NCBI GenBank assembly: GCA_016714465.1
Contig: JADKDT010000005.1
Span: 58,186-122,185 of the forward strand
Length of the DNA stretch: 64,000 nucleotides
Direction of reading: 5' to 3'
Origin: Candidatus Brachythrix odensensis
GTDB lineage: Bacteria > Chloroflexota > Anaerolineae > J036 > Brachytrichaceae
Both the position numbers and the translations under genes were made by a program. How positions within the stretch are numbered: the stretch's first letter is position 1; every line of letters begins with the position of its first letter. Below, piece after piece: positions 9,008 to 18,257 of this stretch. The notes under the pieces were generated by a model, which saw only the letters and a program-made list of their open reading frames with translations, did no database searches and was not told the origin of the DNA.

Positions 9008-10444
9008 ATGATTCTCACCGGCCACCTCTCAACCTCGGACAAAGCCCGCTCGGATTACGCCTACATTCCGTTTGACGTGCCGGCCGGGATCGTCCGCCTC
9101 GACATCCGCTACAGCATCTCCCACCCGCGCGACGCGGCCGACCTGCGCGGCGAGGGCAACACCATCGACATCGGGATCTTCGACCCGCGCGGCCACGAGT
9201 TCGGGACGGGCCGCGGCTTCCGGGGTTGGAGCGGCAGCGACCGCGATCGCTTCTTCATTGCCGAAGACGCCGCCACACCCGGCTATCTGGCCGGGCCAAT
9301 CCAACCCGGCGAGTGGCATGTGATCTTCGGGCTTTATCACCTCGCGGAGGAGGGCTGCGACTACCAGCTCGAGATCGAATTCACGCCGGGCCCGTCAACG
9401 TTGACTGCGGCAGATCCACCAACGCTGCCCGGCTTCCAGCCGGCCCTGAACGACACTCCCGGCTGGGTGCGCGGCGATCTGCAGTGCCACACCCAGCACA
9501 GCGACGCCAAGGGCTCGCTCGACACGCTGCTCGCCACCGCCCGGACGCGCGGGTTGGACTTCCTGGCCGTCACCGATCACAACACGGTCAGCCACATCCA
9601 CGAATTCCCCGCCCAGGCCGGCCAACGACCGCTGCTCATTCCCGCGACCGAGGTCACCACCTACGCCGGGCACATGAACGTGTGGGGGCTGCGAGCCTGG
9701 CAGGAGTTCCGCTGCAGCGCGGCCGATCGGGTCGCCATGCGGGCCATCATCGACCTCGCCCACGCCCAGGGCGGCCTGTGTTCGGTCAATCACCCCAAGA
9801 CCGACGGTCCGCCCTGGGAATACGGCGACCTGCCCTACGACTGCGTCGAGGCCTGGCAGGCGCCCTGGCCCTTCCGCAACGAGGAATCGCTGGCTTTCTG
9901 GGACGCGCTGCTCATGGCCGGCCGGCGGGTGATCGCGGTGGGCGGCAGCGACTATCACCAGCCCTTGTTGCCCATGCAGGGTCGCCCGCACCTGCTCGGC
10001 CAGCCCACGACCTGGGTGTATGCCGATGCCCTTTCGGTCGAGGGGGTGCTCGCCGGCCTGCGCCGCGGGCACGCCTGCGTCAGCGCGGACATTGATGGCG
10101 CTCGGCTCGACCTGCGGGTCTTCGATGGCGCGAACTGGCGCGAGATGGGTGACACCGCCAGGCCGCCCACGGGCGAAATCAGCGTCACCTGTCAGGTGTG
10201 GGCCGGCGCGGGCGGAATGCTGCGCCTGATCGCCGATGGCGCGGTTATTGCCGAAGCGCCGGTGGACGCCGATGACTGGCGGCGGGAATGGCCGCGGATT
10301 GCCTCGCCCGTGCGCTACCTCCGCTCCGAGCTCATCCGCCGCAACCTGTTGATCGGGGGCTGGATGATGCTGGCGCTGGGGAATCCGGTATTCATTCGAA
10401 GAGGGAGGCAGGTGGGCCCCACCTTAAAGGTGGAGCCCACCTAG
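9008..10444 (+). CDS. CehA/McbA-type PHP-domain metallo-phosphoesterase with N-terminal beta-sandwich domain (paralog 1)
   Basis: ORF 8927..10444 trimmed to ATG 9008. GDLQCHTQHSD and AVTDHN PHP motifs. Same architecture as 15626..16987. Confidence 0.75.
   Translation: MILTGHLSTSDKARSDYAYIPFDVPAGIVRLDIRYSISHPRDAADLRGEGNTIDIGIFDPRGHEFGTGRGFRGWSGSDRDRFFIAEDAATPGYLAGPIQPGEWHVIFGLYHLAEEGCDYQLEIEFTPGPSTLTAADPPTLPGFQPALNDTPGWVRGDLQCHTQHSDAKGSLDTLLATARTRGLDFLAVTDHNTVSHIHEFPAQAGQRPLLIPATEVTTYAGHMNVWGLRAWQEFRCSAADRVAMRAIIDLAHAQGGLCSVNHPKTDGPPWEYGDLPYDCVEAWQAPWPFRNEESLAFWDALLMAGRRVIAVGGSDYHQPLLPMQGRPHLLGQPTTWVYADALSVEGVLAGLRRGHACVSADIDGARLDLRVFDGANWREMGDTARPPTGEISVTCQVWAGAGGMLRLIADGAVIAEAPVDADDWRREWPRIASPVRYLRSELIRRNLLIGGWMMLALGNPVFIRRGRQVGPTLKVEPT
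10410..10441. repeat. GGTGGGCCC palindrome (same family as 63784-63856)
   Basis: aggtgggccccacctt|aaggtggagcccacct: two abutting 16-nt arms with 1 mismatch. Encodes the last residues (GPTLKVEPT) of the PHP gene and abuts its stop codon. Confidence 0.6.
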
Positions 10445-10450
10445 GGAGCC

Positions 10451-10520
10451 CCTCCGTGTCATCCGCAGGGTCCGTGTCGTCGGTGATTCAGACAGGCACG
10501 CCTCCGTGTCATCCGTGATC
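10451..10520. repeat. CACGGA-family repeat, two same-orientation half-elements
   Basis: cctccgtgtcatccgcagggtccgtgtcgtcggtgattcagaca, then cctccgtgtcatccgtgatc. These match the arms of the elements at 23003, 25131, 29061 and 63364. Confidence 0.75.
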
Positions 10521-10611
10521 TTGTTAACACAGATTTCACGCGCGGGTGTATATTCTCCCCGTCTCGGCGCTTCGTGCGCCTCCCACCCGTTTGTTTCGAA
10601 TAGGAGAAACC

Positions 10612-11947
10612 ATGAAATCCAGTTACTCCAAGCCCCTCGGGCTCGCAGTCGCAGCAGCCTTTGTGCTGTCGGCCTGCGCCGGCGCCGCTGCGCCCGCCCC
10701 GACTGCGGCACCCGCCGCCACTGCCGCTCCGGCCAAGCCGACCGAAGCGCCCAAGCCCGCCGCCACCGCCGCTCCGGCCAAGCCGACCGAAGCGCCCAAG
10801 CCCGCCGCCACCGGCGGCGCCTACAGTCGCTCCCACCCCCACCGTGAAAGTGCTGCCGACCATCGCGCCGCCGCCTTCCGGCAAGACCAACATCAACATC
10901 TACCTGGATGCTGATACGAATATCACCGACTGGTATTCCAACATCCTCATCCCCGCCTTTGAGAAGGAATTCACCGTATATAAGGTCAACTTGATCAACG
11001 TCAAGGGTGTCGGCAACGGCACGGGCACCTTCGTCGACCGCCTGGTCGCCGCCAAGCAGACTGGCGCGGACGGGCAGGCCGAGATCGTCGAGTTCGATGT
11101 CCGCGGCCGCCCGGAGACCGTCAAGGACGGCCTGTGGCTCAAGCTGGATGCCAGCAATGTCCCGAACGCCAAGGGCGTGCTGCCCGCCGCTGTCGTCAGC
11201 GAATACAACATGCCGTATCGTGGCTCACAGGTGCTCCTGGCCTATGACAGCGCCAAGATCAAGGAAAGCGATGTGCCCCGCACCTTCCCGGCCCTCCTGG
11301 AATGGGTTAAGAAGAACCCCGGCCAGTTCACCTATGGGCGCCCCGACAAGGGCGGCAGCGGCGGCAACTTCGTCATCCGCGCCATTCACGAGGTCACCGG
11401 CAAGGATCCCCAGAAGTTCTATGCCAGCGTCGACCCGGATCCCGCGCTGGTCAAGGACCTCGACAAGGCCTGGGAGCTCCTCCGCTCGATCCACGAGTCC
11501 ACCTATGACAAGGGCAGCTACCCCGCCGGCAACCAGCCCGCGCTGCTGCTCCTGGCCAATGGTTCGGTCAACATGGTCAGCGCCTGGAGTGACCAGGTTC
11601 TGATCAACATCGACAAGGGCGTCCTGCCGCCCACAATCAAGATGGCCCAGTTCACCGACCTGCCCATGTCGGGTGGATATGCCCAGTACGCTGTGCCCGC
11701 CGGGACCAAGAACAAGGAAGGCGCCCTGGCCTGGGTCAACTGGATGCTCAAGCAGGACCGCCAGGTCGACGTGATCAAGTCGCTCGGCGGCTTCCCCGCC
11801 CTGAAGTGGGACCAGTTCCCCAAGGAACTCCAGACCCAGTTCAACAGCGTTGTGGCCGACACGATCCCGACCTGGCCGGGCGGCAAGTGGGACGCTGAGC
11901 GCAACAAGGGTTGGTACGAGAAGGTCGCCACCAACATCAAACAGTAG
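10612..11947 (+). CDS. ABC transporter substrate-binding lipoprotein (PotD/Fe3+/2-AEP-type family-1 SBP); signal peptide and mature domain are in different frames (frameshift near 10813)
   Basis: GGAG RBS precedes ATG 10612. The lipoprotein signal MKSSYSKPLGLAVAAAFVLSAC is in frame 1 (ORF 10546..10914). The SBP body is in frame 2 (ORF 10661..11947, which has no signal peptide of its own). Confidence 0.7.
10723..10812. repeat. Perfect 45-bp tandem duplication (x2) in the SBP linker
   Basis: gccgctccggccaagccgaccgaagcgcccaagcccgccgccacc occurs twice back to back (AAPAKPTEAPKPAAT x2). Confidence 0.9.
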
Positions 11948-11962
11948 GTCTGTTCTTTCGCT

Positions 11963-11998
11963 CAAGAAGTCCTGCGCGGATGCGCGCAGGACTTCTTG
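11963..11998 (+). terminator. Intra-operon stem-loop after the SBP gene
   Basis: caagaagtcctgcgcg-gatg-cgcgcaggacttcttg: 16-bp perfect stem 16 nt after the stop. No U-tract, so it is more likely an attenuator or mRNA-stabilising hairpin than a strong terminator. Confidence 0.5.
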
Positions 11999-12017
11999 AC
12001 CCTCCGCGGAGGCCCCC

Positions 12018-12893
12018 ATGCTCGCCCCCCGCCCCTCATCGCAATGGAGAACCTGGCTGGCTGGCTACGCGCTGATCGCGCCGCCGCTCGCCCTGCTGGC
12101 GCTCCTGATCTTCTTCCCCGCCGGTCAGGCCATCGTTCGAACCGTCATGCTGGACCAGGACGCGGGAATCACTTCCGGCCTTACGCTCGATCGCTACCTC
12201 AACTTCTTCAACGACCCAATCGCGCGCAGCAACCTGAGCTTCACCATCACGGTCACGCTGATCACGGTCTTCTTCCAGTTCGCGGTGTGCTTCCCGCTCG
12301 CCCTGTATCTGCGCTTCTCGACCAGCCGGATCGCCGGCGCCGTCCAGGTTCTGGCCCTTTTTCCGCTCTTTGTCCCCGGCGTCATCCTCGCCTTTGCCCT
12401 TATCCGTTATCTCGGCCCGCGCGGCACGGTCGACACTTTTTTGCGGGTCGTCCTGAACTATGAAGGTTTTGTCACCCCCTATCTCCGCCCCTCGGGGATT
12501 GTGTTCGCCCTGACCCGGGATCACATCCCCTTCACCATTCTGGTTCTGACCGCCGGGCTGCGCCAGGTCGAGGATTCGGTGATCGAGGCCGCGCGCGATG
12601 TCGGCGCGACCTCGCTGCGGGCCTTTGTCCAGATCATCATGCCGCTCATGCAGCGCCCGCTGTTGATCGTCTTCTGTCTGAACATCATCGGGACTTTTGG
12701 CGCGTTCACCATCCCGTATCTGCTCGGTCCGGCCGCCCCGCAGATGATGGGCGTCTACATGCAGCAGACCTTCTCCGAGTATCTCGATCGGAGCGGCGCT
12801 GAGACCCAGGCCGTCATTTCCTTTGTCCTGTGCGCGCTGGTCGGCGCGCTGTATGTCCGCACGGTGACTCGCCGCCGAGGAGAACGCGCATGA
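12018..12893 (+). CDS. ABC transporter permease (PotB-like)
   Basis: ORF 12018..12893, 291 aa, about 6 hydrophobic segments, EAA-type loop (IEAARDVGAT). Confidence 0.85.
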   Translation: MLAPRPSSQWRTWLAGYALIAPPLALLALLIFFPAGQAIVRTVMLDQDAGITSGLTLDRYLNFFNDPIARSNLSFTITVTLITVFFQFAVCFPLALYLRFSTSRIAGAVQVLALFPLFVPGVILAFALIRYLGPRGTVDTFLRVVLNYEGFVTPYLRPSGIVFALTRDHIPFTILVLTAGLRQVEDSVIEAARDVGATSLRAFVQIIMPLMQRPLLIVFCLNIIGTFGAFTIPYLLGPAAPQMMGVYMQQTFSEYLDRSGAETQAVISFVLCALVGALYVRTVTRRRGERA

Positions 12894-13726
12894 ACCAACG
12901 TCTGCTCAAATCCACCTTTCGCACGCTGCGGCGCGAATCGTTTGGCGTCTTCGCCCTGATCGCGCTGGTCCTGCTCATCATCGGCCCGCTCACCACCGTC
13001 GTGATGTGGGCGTTCGCCGAGCGCTGGCGCCAGCCCTCGCTTATCCCGACCCAATGGGGACTCTCGTACTGGACTGAAACGCTTGGCCGGGCCGATGTCG
13101 TGTCGGCCCTGCCGGCAAGCGTCCTGCTGGCCACCATCGTCACGGTCCTGTCCGCCCTGATTTGTCTGCCGGCGGCCTACGCCTTCGCCCGTATCCAGTT
13201 CCCCGCCCGCCAGGGGCTGCTTCTGTCCTTCCTGGCCGTCAACGCCTTCCCCCGCTTCGGGCTATACATCGCCATCGCGGTGGTCTTCTTCCGGCTCGGA
13301 CTGGTCGGCACCGTGACGGGTGTTGTGCTGATCCAGCTCGTCAATACGTTGTTGACCATGATCTGGATCCCGACCAGCGCCTTCCAGGGCGTCGATCGGG
13401 CGCTTGAGGAGGCCGCCCTCGACGTGGGCGCGTCGCGCTTGCGGGTGTTCTTCCAGATCACCTTGCCCCAGGTGGCGCCGGCTCTGGCCGCCGCGCTGCT
13501 GCTCACCTTTGTGGCCACCTTCTACGAGGCCCAGGGCGCGTTGCTCATCGGTCTGCCCAACATCCGCACCATGGCCGTGCTGATGTACTCGTATATCAAC
13601 AACCAGATCGTCGTGCAATACGGCGCGGTCATTTCGATGATCCTCTGGATTCCCTCCCTGCTGCTGCTGAGCTTCGCCCAGAAATTCCTGCGCGGCAACA
13701 CGGTAAGCGCGGGATTTGGGGTCTAA
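12890..13726 (+). CDS. ABC transporter permease (PotC-like)
   Basis: ORF 12830..13726 trimmed to ATG 12890, which overlaps the upstream stop (ATGA). EAA-type loop (LEEAALDVGAS). Confidence 0.85.
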   Translation: MNQRLLKSTFRTLRRESFGVFALIALVLLIIGPLTTVVMWAFAERWRQPSLIPTQWGLSYWTETLGRADVVSALPASVLLATIVTVLSALICLPAAYAFARIQFPARQGLLLSFLAVNAFPRFGLYIAIAVVFFRLGLVGTVTGVVLIQLVNTLLTMIWIPTSAFQGVDRALEEAALDVGASRLRVFFQITLPQVAPALAAALLLTFVATFYEAQGALLIGLPNIRTMAVLMYSYINNQIVVQYGAVISMILWIPSLLLLSFAQKFLRGNTVSAGFGV

Positions 13727-14785
13727 TGTCAACTCTTCATCTCATCAACCTCCGCAAGCAATTCGGGGCGGTCGCCAACCCCGTCGTGGCTGTCAATGAC
13801 CTCAACCTCAAGGTTGAGGATGGCGAATTCCTATGCATCCTCGGCCCCAGCGGCTGCGGCAAATCCACTGCCCTGCGCATGGTCGCCGGCTTCGAGGAAC
13901 CCTCCTCGGGCGATGTCCAGATCGACGGACAGAGCGTCATCAACATGCCGGCCAATAAACGGCCGACCGCGATGGTGTTCCAGAAGTACACGCTTTGGCC
14001 GCACATGAGGGTGTATGACAACATCGCCTTCGGCCTGCGCCTGCGCCACCTGCCCAAGCAGCAAATCGACCGGGACGTCCGGGATGCGCTGGCGCTGGTC
14101 CACCTGGACGAGTACGGCGACCGCTACCCCGCCCAGCTCTCCGGCGGCGAGCAGCAGCGGGGCCATCGCCCGCGCCCTTGTCCTGCGCCCCAAGATCCTG
14201 CTGCTGGACGAGCCCTTCTCCAACCTCGACGCGCTGCTCCGGGTGCGCCTGCGCGAGGAACTCCGCTTGATCCAGCGCAGCCTCAAAATCACCGCGGTCT
14301 TTGTCACCCACGATCAGGAGGAGGCCCTCAGCCTGGCCGATCGCATCGCCGTGATGCGCAAGGGTGAGCTGCAGCAGCTCGACAAGCCCGCGATCATCTA
14401 TGCAACCCCGCGCAACTTGTTCGTCGCCGACTTTATCGGGGCGATGAATATGCTGGATGGGACCGCCGAGGGCGGGAACATCCGGGTGGGCGACAAACTC
14501 CTGCCCGCCCCAGCCGGCATCGCCCAATCGGCCACCAAGGTTGCCCTCCGGCCGGAGGACGTCACCGTCACTACCGGCGGAGATGGCGCCTGGAGCGGTG
14601 TTGTTACTTCGGCGAGCGACCTCGGCCACTACCGCAAGGTCTTCGTCAAGACCGAAAACCTGGGCGTGCTGAAGCTATTTCTTCCCAAATCGGTCGATGC
14701 GGTTGAGGGCGAGACGCTCGCCTTCAAGCCCACCCGCTATCTCGTCTTCCACGGCCAGGACAAACCGGCCGAGATGCACCTGTAA
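13726..14785 (+). CDS. ABC transporter ATPase (PotA-like, C-terminal TOBE-like domain), frame broken just after the LSGGEQQR signature (about 14159-14162)
   Basis: Walker [10 protein letters not shown] and LSGGEQQR lie in ORF 13726..14367. [23 protein letters not shown] (Walker B) continues in ORF 14015..14785. The start overlaps the upstream stop (TAATG). Confidence 0.75.
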
Positions 14786-14794
14786 CCTGCTGCC

Positions 14795-15523
14795 ATGCCC
14801 TATTCCATCGTCGCGCATCGCGGGGCGTCAAACTACGCCACCGACAACACGATCACCTCGTATCGCCTCGCCCACGCCCAGGGCGCAAAGTTCATCGAGC
14901 TCGACATCCGCCGCACTGCCGATGCCCAGCCGGTGGTCTTTCACGACAGCACGATCCCCATCCCGGGCGAGTGTGAGCAGCGGGTCGAGCGGCTGACCCT
15001 CGAGACCCTGCTGGGAATTCCCCTGGCGGGCGGCGAGCGCATCCCGCGCTGGGAGGAGGTCATCGCGTTGAGCAAGTCGCTCGATGTCGGGATCTACATC
15101 GAACTCAAGGACACCGATCCCGAGCTTACGTCCCATCTCGTCTACACGCTGCGCCAGACCCGCTGGCTCGAACGGTGCATCTTTCTCGGGTCGCGGCCCG
15201 ACCACATCTTCTTCGTCCGCGAGATCGCGCCCGAGGCGCAGACCGCCTTCAGCTATCGCAACGCCAGCATCGACCCGATCCGCATCGCCCAGGCCTGCAA
15301 CGCCACCGGCCTGAATCTGGCCTGGGAGGACTACCCGGACCCGTGCGCGCTGATCACACCGGACTGGCTGGCCCGCGTGCGCGCGGCCGGCCTGCGCATC
15401 ATGAGCTGGCATGAGGAGCGCGAGCCGGTCATGCGTCAACTGGTTGCGTTGGGCATTGAGGATCTGTGCACCAACGACCCGGCCATGACCCGGCGGGTGA
15501 TTGAGGCCGCCGGGCCAAAGTAG
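14795..15523 (+). CDS. Glycerophosphodiester phosphodiesterase (GDPD/UgpQ family)
   Basis: ORF 14795..15523. Motifs HRG (VAHRGAS), ELD (FIELDIR) and HD (VFHDSTI). Confidence 0.8.
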   Translation: MPYSIVAHRGASNYATDNTITSYRLAHAQGAKFIELDIRRTADAQPVVFHDSTIPIPGECEQRVERLTLETLLGIPLAGGERIPRWEEVIALSKSLDVGIYIELKDTDPELTSHLVYTLRQTRWLERCIFLGSRPDHIFFVREIAPEAQTAFSYRNASIDPIRIAQACNATGLNLAWEDYPDPCALITPDWLARVRAAGLRIMSWHEEREPVMRQLVALGIEDLCTNDPAMTRRVIEAAGPK

Positions 15524-15547
15524 AGACGCGCCGTGGCGCGTCTCTAC
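15520..15547 (+). terminator. Stem-loop overlapping the GDPD stop codon
   Basis: gtagagacgcgcc-gtg-gcgcgtctctac. Confidence 0.45.
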
Positions 15548-15625
15548 CCCGCGGCCGCGCATGCCCCGCTGCCGTGACATCGTCGGGGCGCATCCAGTTA
15601 TTCTGGCGAATCGCCCGTTGTCAAG

Positions 15626-16987
15626 ATGAACGGCATAACGCAATTCCCAAATTCGTCGCGCGAAACCTTTGTTGGCGTACTCACCGGCGCCGACGTCAAG
15701 CGCAATATTGCCCACGTCTTCGAGGCGCCCGAGGGCGCCACCCGGCTGCGCATCCGGCTGTCGTTCAACCCGCACCGCGTAGCCGGGTTCAACAACATGA
15801 TCACGCTGAGCGCCTTCGATCCGCTTGGCTTTCGGGGGGCCGGCCACCGCCACGGCTGCGTCCACGAGGTCTTTCTTGACTCGCTGGGCGCCACACCCGG
15901 GTTCGTCCCCGGACCAATCCGGGCCGGCCCCTGGCAGATCACCCTCGATACCCACATGGTGATGCCCGACGCGCCCGTCGCCTACACCCTCGAGGTCACG
16001 GCCAGCGCCGAGCCCATCCCACTTCGCCCTGAACCGACTGCGCCGCTCCTTCGTCCCCAAGCTCTCGTCCCACCCACCGCGGGTCCCCGCTGGTTCCGGG
16101 GCGACCTGCATGCCCATACTGTCCATTCGGACGCGATCTGGACCGCCGCCGATCTCGCCGCCTGGGCGCGCGCCGAAAAGCTTGACTTTGTCAGTTTGAC
16201 CGACCACAACACGGTCTCGGGACTGGCCGAAATGCTGGCCCTGGGCGGACCCGATTTGCTTGTCCTGGGCGGGATGGAGTTCACCACCTTCTGGGGCCAC
16301 GCCTTGATGCACGGGTCGCACGACTGGATGGACTGGCGCACGCGGGATGGCCAGGGCATGGCGGCGATCGCGACGGCCGTCGCCGCCCGGGGCGGGACCT
16401 TCATCATCGCCCACCCGCGCGCCCAGGGCGATCCACACTGCACGGGCTGCCGCTGGGTCTACGACGAAGTCTTCCCTGGCCCGGCCCGCGTCGTGGAAGT
16501 GTGGAACACCGCCTGGAGCAGCGACAGCCACAACGAGGACGCGCTCGCCTTGGCCTATGACTGGCTCAATGCCGGGTATCGGATGGCCCTGACCTCGGGC
16601 ACGGACAATCACGGGCGGGATCTGCGCCTGCGCTACGGCTTCGACCACGTGTATGCGCCGGCGTTGACCGAAGCCAACATCCTGGCGGCGGTGCGGGCCG
16701 GGCGGCTCTACATTTCGGCCGGGCCGCGCCTGGAGATTACCGCCCGGGCCGGCGGGGAGTCCGTCATGATGGGCGACGCGCTCAGCCCGGAGGCGGGCGC
16801 GGCCGAGATCCAGATCGCCTGGGCGGATGCGCCACCCGGCGCGCAGCTCAGTCTGATCGCCGATGGCGAGGCCCGCCAAACCTGGGCGATGGGCGAAAGT
16901 GGCGAGGCGCGCGCAACGCTTGGGGTTGATGACGCGCGCTGGTGTTTGGCAACCCTGCGCGGGACCGATGGCCAGTGCTTGCCCTGA
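15626..16987 (+). CDS. CehA/McbA-type PHP-domain metallo-phosphoesterase with N-terminal beta-sandwich domain (paralog 2)
   Basis: ORF 15626..16987. GDLHAHTVHSD, SLTDHN and TSGTDNH motifs. Confidence 0.8.
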   Translation: MNGITQFPNSSRETFVGVLTGADVKRNIAHVFEAPEGATRLRIRLSFNPHRVAGFNNMITLSAFDPLGFRGAGHRHGCVHEVFLDSLGATPGFVPGPIRAGPWQITLDTHMVMPDAPVAYTLEVTASAEPIPLRPEPTAPLLRPQALVPPTAGPRWFRGDLHAHTVHSDAIWTAADLAAWARAEKLDFVSLTDHNTVSGLAEMLALGGPDLLVLGGMEFTTFWGHALMHGSHDWMDWRTRDGQGMAAIATAVAARGGTFIIAHPRAQGDPHCTGCRWVYDEVFPGPARVVEVWNTAWSSDSHNEDALALAYDWLNAGYRMALTSGTDNHGRDLRLRYGFDHVYAPALTEANILAAVRAGRLYISAGPRLEITARAGGESVMMGDALSPEAGAAEIQIAWADAPPGAQLSLIADGEARQTWAMGESGEARATLGVDDARWCLATLRGTDGQCLP

Positions 16988-17116
16988 CCAACCCGATTTT
17001 CCCTCTCCGGCTTTCGGGCGCGATAGAAACTTTACATAACATATATACGTTTCCTGTTACCTTCATCCCGCGCTTTGCGCGGGCCCCATGCCACGGCCGG
17101 CCAAACGCGAAACGAA

Positions 17117-17149
17117 AGACCTCGCGGGTCTTGAAGACCCGCGAGGTCT
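17117..17149. terminator. Bidirectional stem-loop between convergent genes
   Basis: agacctcgcgggtct-tga-agacccgcgaggtct: 15-bp perfect stem. Confidence 0.55.
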
Positions 17150-17196
17150 GCGCGGAGAGACCCGGATTGACGGATCAGGAGATCGGCGGGCACCCT

Positions 17197-18240
17197 TTAC
17201 GCTTCACGCCCGCGCGCCGACGCGGCTTCGCCATACAAGCCAACGATCTCCTCCAGCCATCGCTCGCGCGAGTAGCGTTCGCGCGGCAAGGTTTGCGCCC
17301 GAGCGGCATAGTCCGCATAGTTCGCCATCAACCGAGTGAGACCAGCGCGCACGTCTTCAGGGCTGGCCCCCGGCGTCACGACTCCAGCACCCTCCCCGCC
17401 GACGTCGTCCGACATCGGGATCTGGGCGGAGACCAGCACCGGTCGGCCCACGACCAGCGCCTCCATGAGCGAATTAGGATAGGCCTTGACGATCGAGCTG
17501 TCGCTGACCAGCAGCGCAGCCGCTTGAGCGTCAGCAAGGGCGGCCGCCATGTCAACCCGCCCGTCGATGATCGTTACGCGCGCAGCCAGGCCATGCCCGG
17601 CGATGCGTGCGCGCATCGATTCGAGCAATCGTCCGCGCCACAAGAAACTCAGGCGCAGGCGATCATCGGCGGCTGCGGCGCCAAGCAGGGCATCAACACC
17701 TTTGCGGACAAAATCGATCTCCGACCACGGGGCCGAAGCGATCACCACCTTGAAGGGGTCACCCGACGAATATGCGCGCGCGGCCGCGCGCGGGAATCGC
17801 GCCAGATCAATCCCCGGCCGCAGCGTCGCGACGCGTGTAGCGCCCCAGGCCCGCGCCAGGGCCGCGTCGCTCGGCCCGCTCACGGTCACCGTCGCCAACG
17901 CGCCAATGCGACGGGCATCGACTGGGCGATCAGCACGCAGCCCGGCGACAACGCTGTAGACGATCGGGCGTCTCAAGAATCCCAGCAACGGGAAGTGGCG
18001 CAGCCCGCCGTGAAAGAGATGGAAGATATCGGTCTCGGCCTCAATCCGCCGCAGGGCGCCCAGCAACCACAGCCCAAACAGCCGTTCCGGGAAGATCCGG
18101 CGCAGGCGCTCCGGCGGCGAAATGTGGATGCGCCGCCCGTCAACCCGCGTCAACAATCCGGCGATGTCCTGAGCGACCGCCTCGCGCGCGGGATCAACCT
18201 CACGCGGATAGGTGACCAGGAAGGTGACTCGCGGCCGCAT
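17197..18240 (-). CDS. Glycosyltransferase, GT4 (GT-B fold) family
   Basis: ORF 17197..18240, 347 aa. C-terminal half has a typical GT4 donor-binding region (YPNSLMEALVVGRPVL, E-x7-E-like). Confidence 0.75.
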   Translation of the reverse strand: MRPRVTFLVTYPREVDPAREAVAQDIAGLLTRVDGRRIHISPPERLRRIFPERLFGLWLLGALRRIEAETDIFHLFHGGLRHFPLLGFLRRPIVYSVVAGLRADRPVDARRIGALATVTVSGPSDAALARAWGATRVATLRPGIDLARFPRAAARAYSSGDPFKVVIASAPWSEIDFVRKGVDALLGAAAADDRLRLSFLWRGRLLESMRARIAGHGLAARVTIIDGRVDMAAALADAQAAALLVSDSSIVKAYPNSLMEALVVGRPVLVSAQIPMSDDVGGEGAGVVTPGASPEDVRAGLTRLMANYADYAARAQTLPRERYSRERWLEEIVGLYGEAASARGREA

Positions 18241-18257
18241 CCCGACGATGGTAGCAC

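Noticed and set aside
10661-11947. TTG 10661 as the genuine start of the substrate-binding protein
   Set aside because: It would produce a Pro/Arg-rich N-terminus without a signal peptide for an extracytoplasmic SBP. A perfect lipoprotein signal with an RBS sits 49 nt upstream in the neighbouring frame.
14828-16879. 683-aa ORF on the minus strand; also the other very long antisense ORFs (5432..6568-, 6932..8056+, 16942..18420+, 35684..37243-, 55710..57119-, 60800..62911+, and the N-terminal part of 58613..60148-)
   Set aside because: Each lies antisense to, or out of frame with, a gene that has clear family motifs. Their translations are Arg/Gly/Pro/Ala-rich low-complexity strings, typical of stop-poor alternative frames in high-GC DNA.
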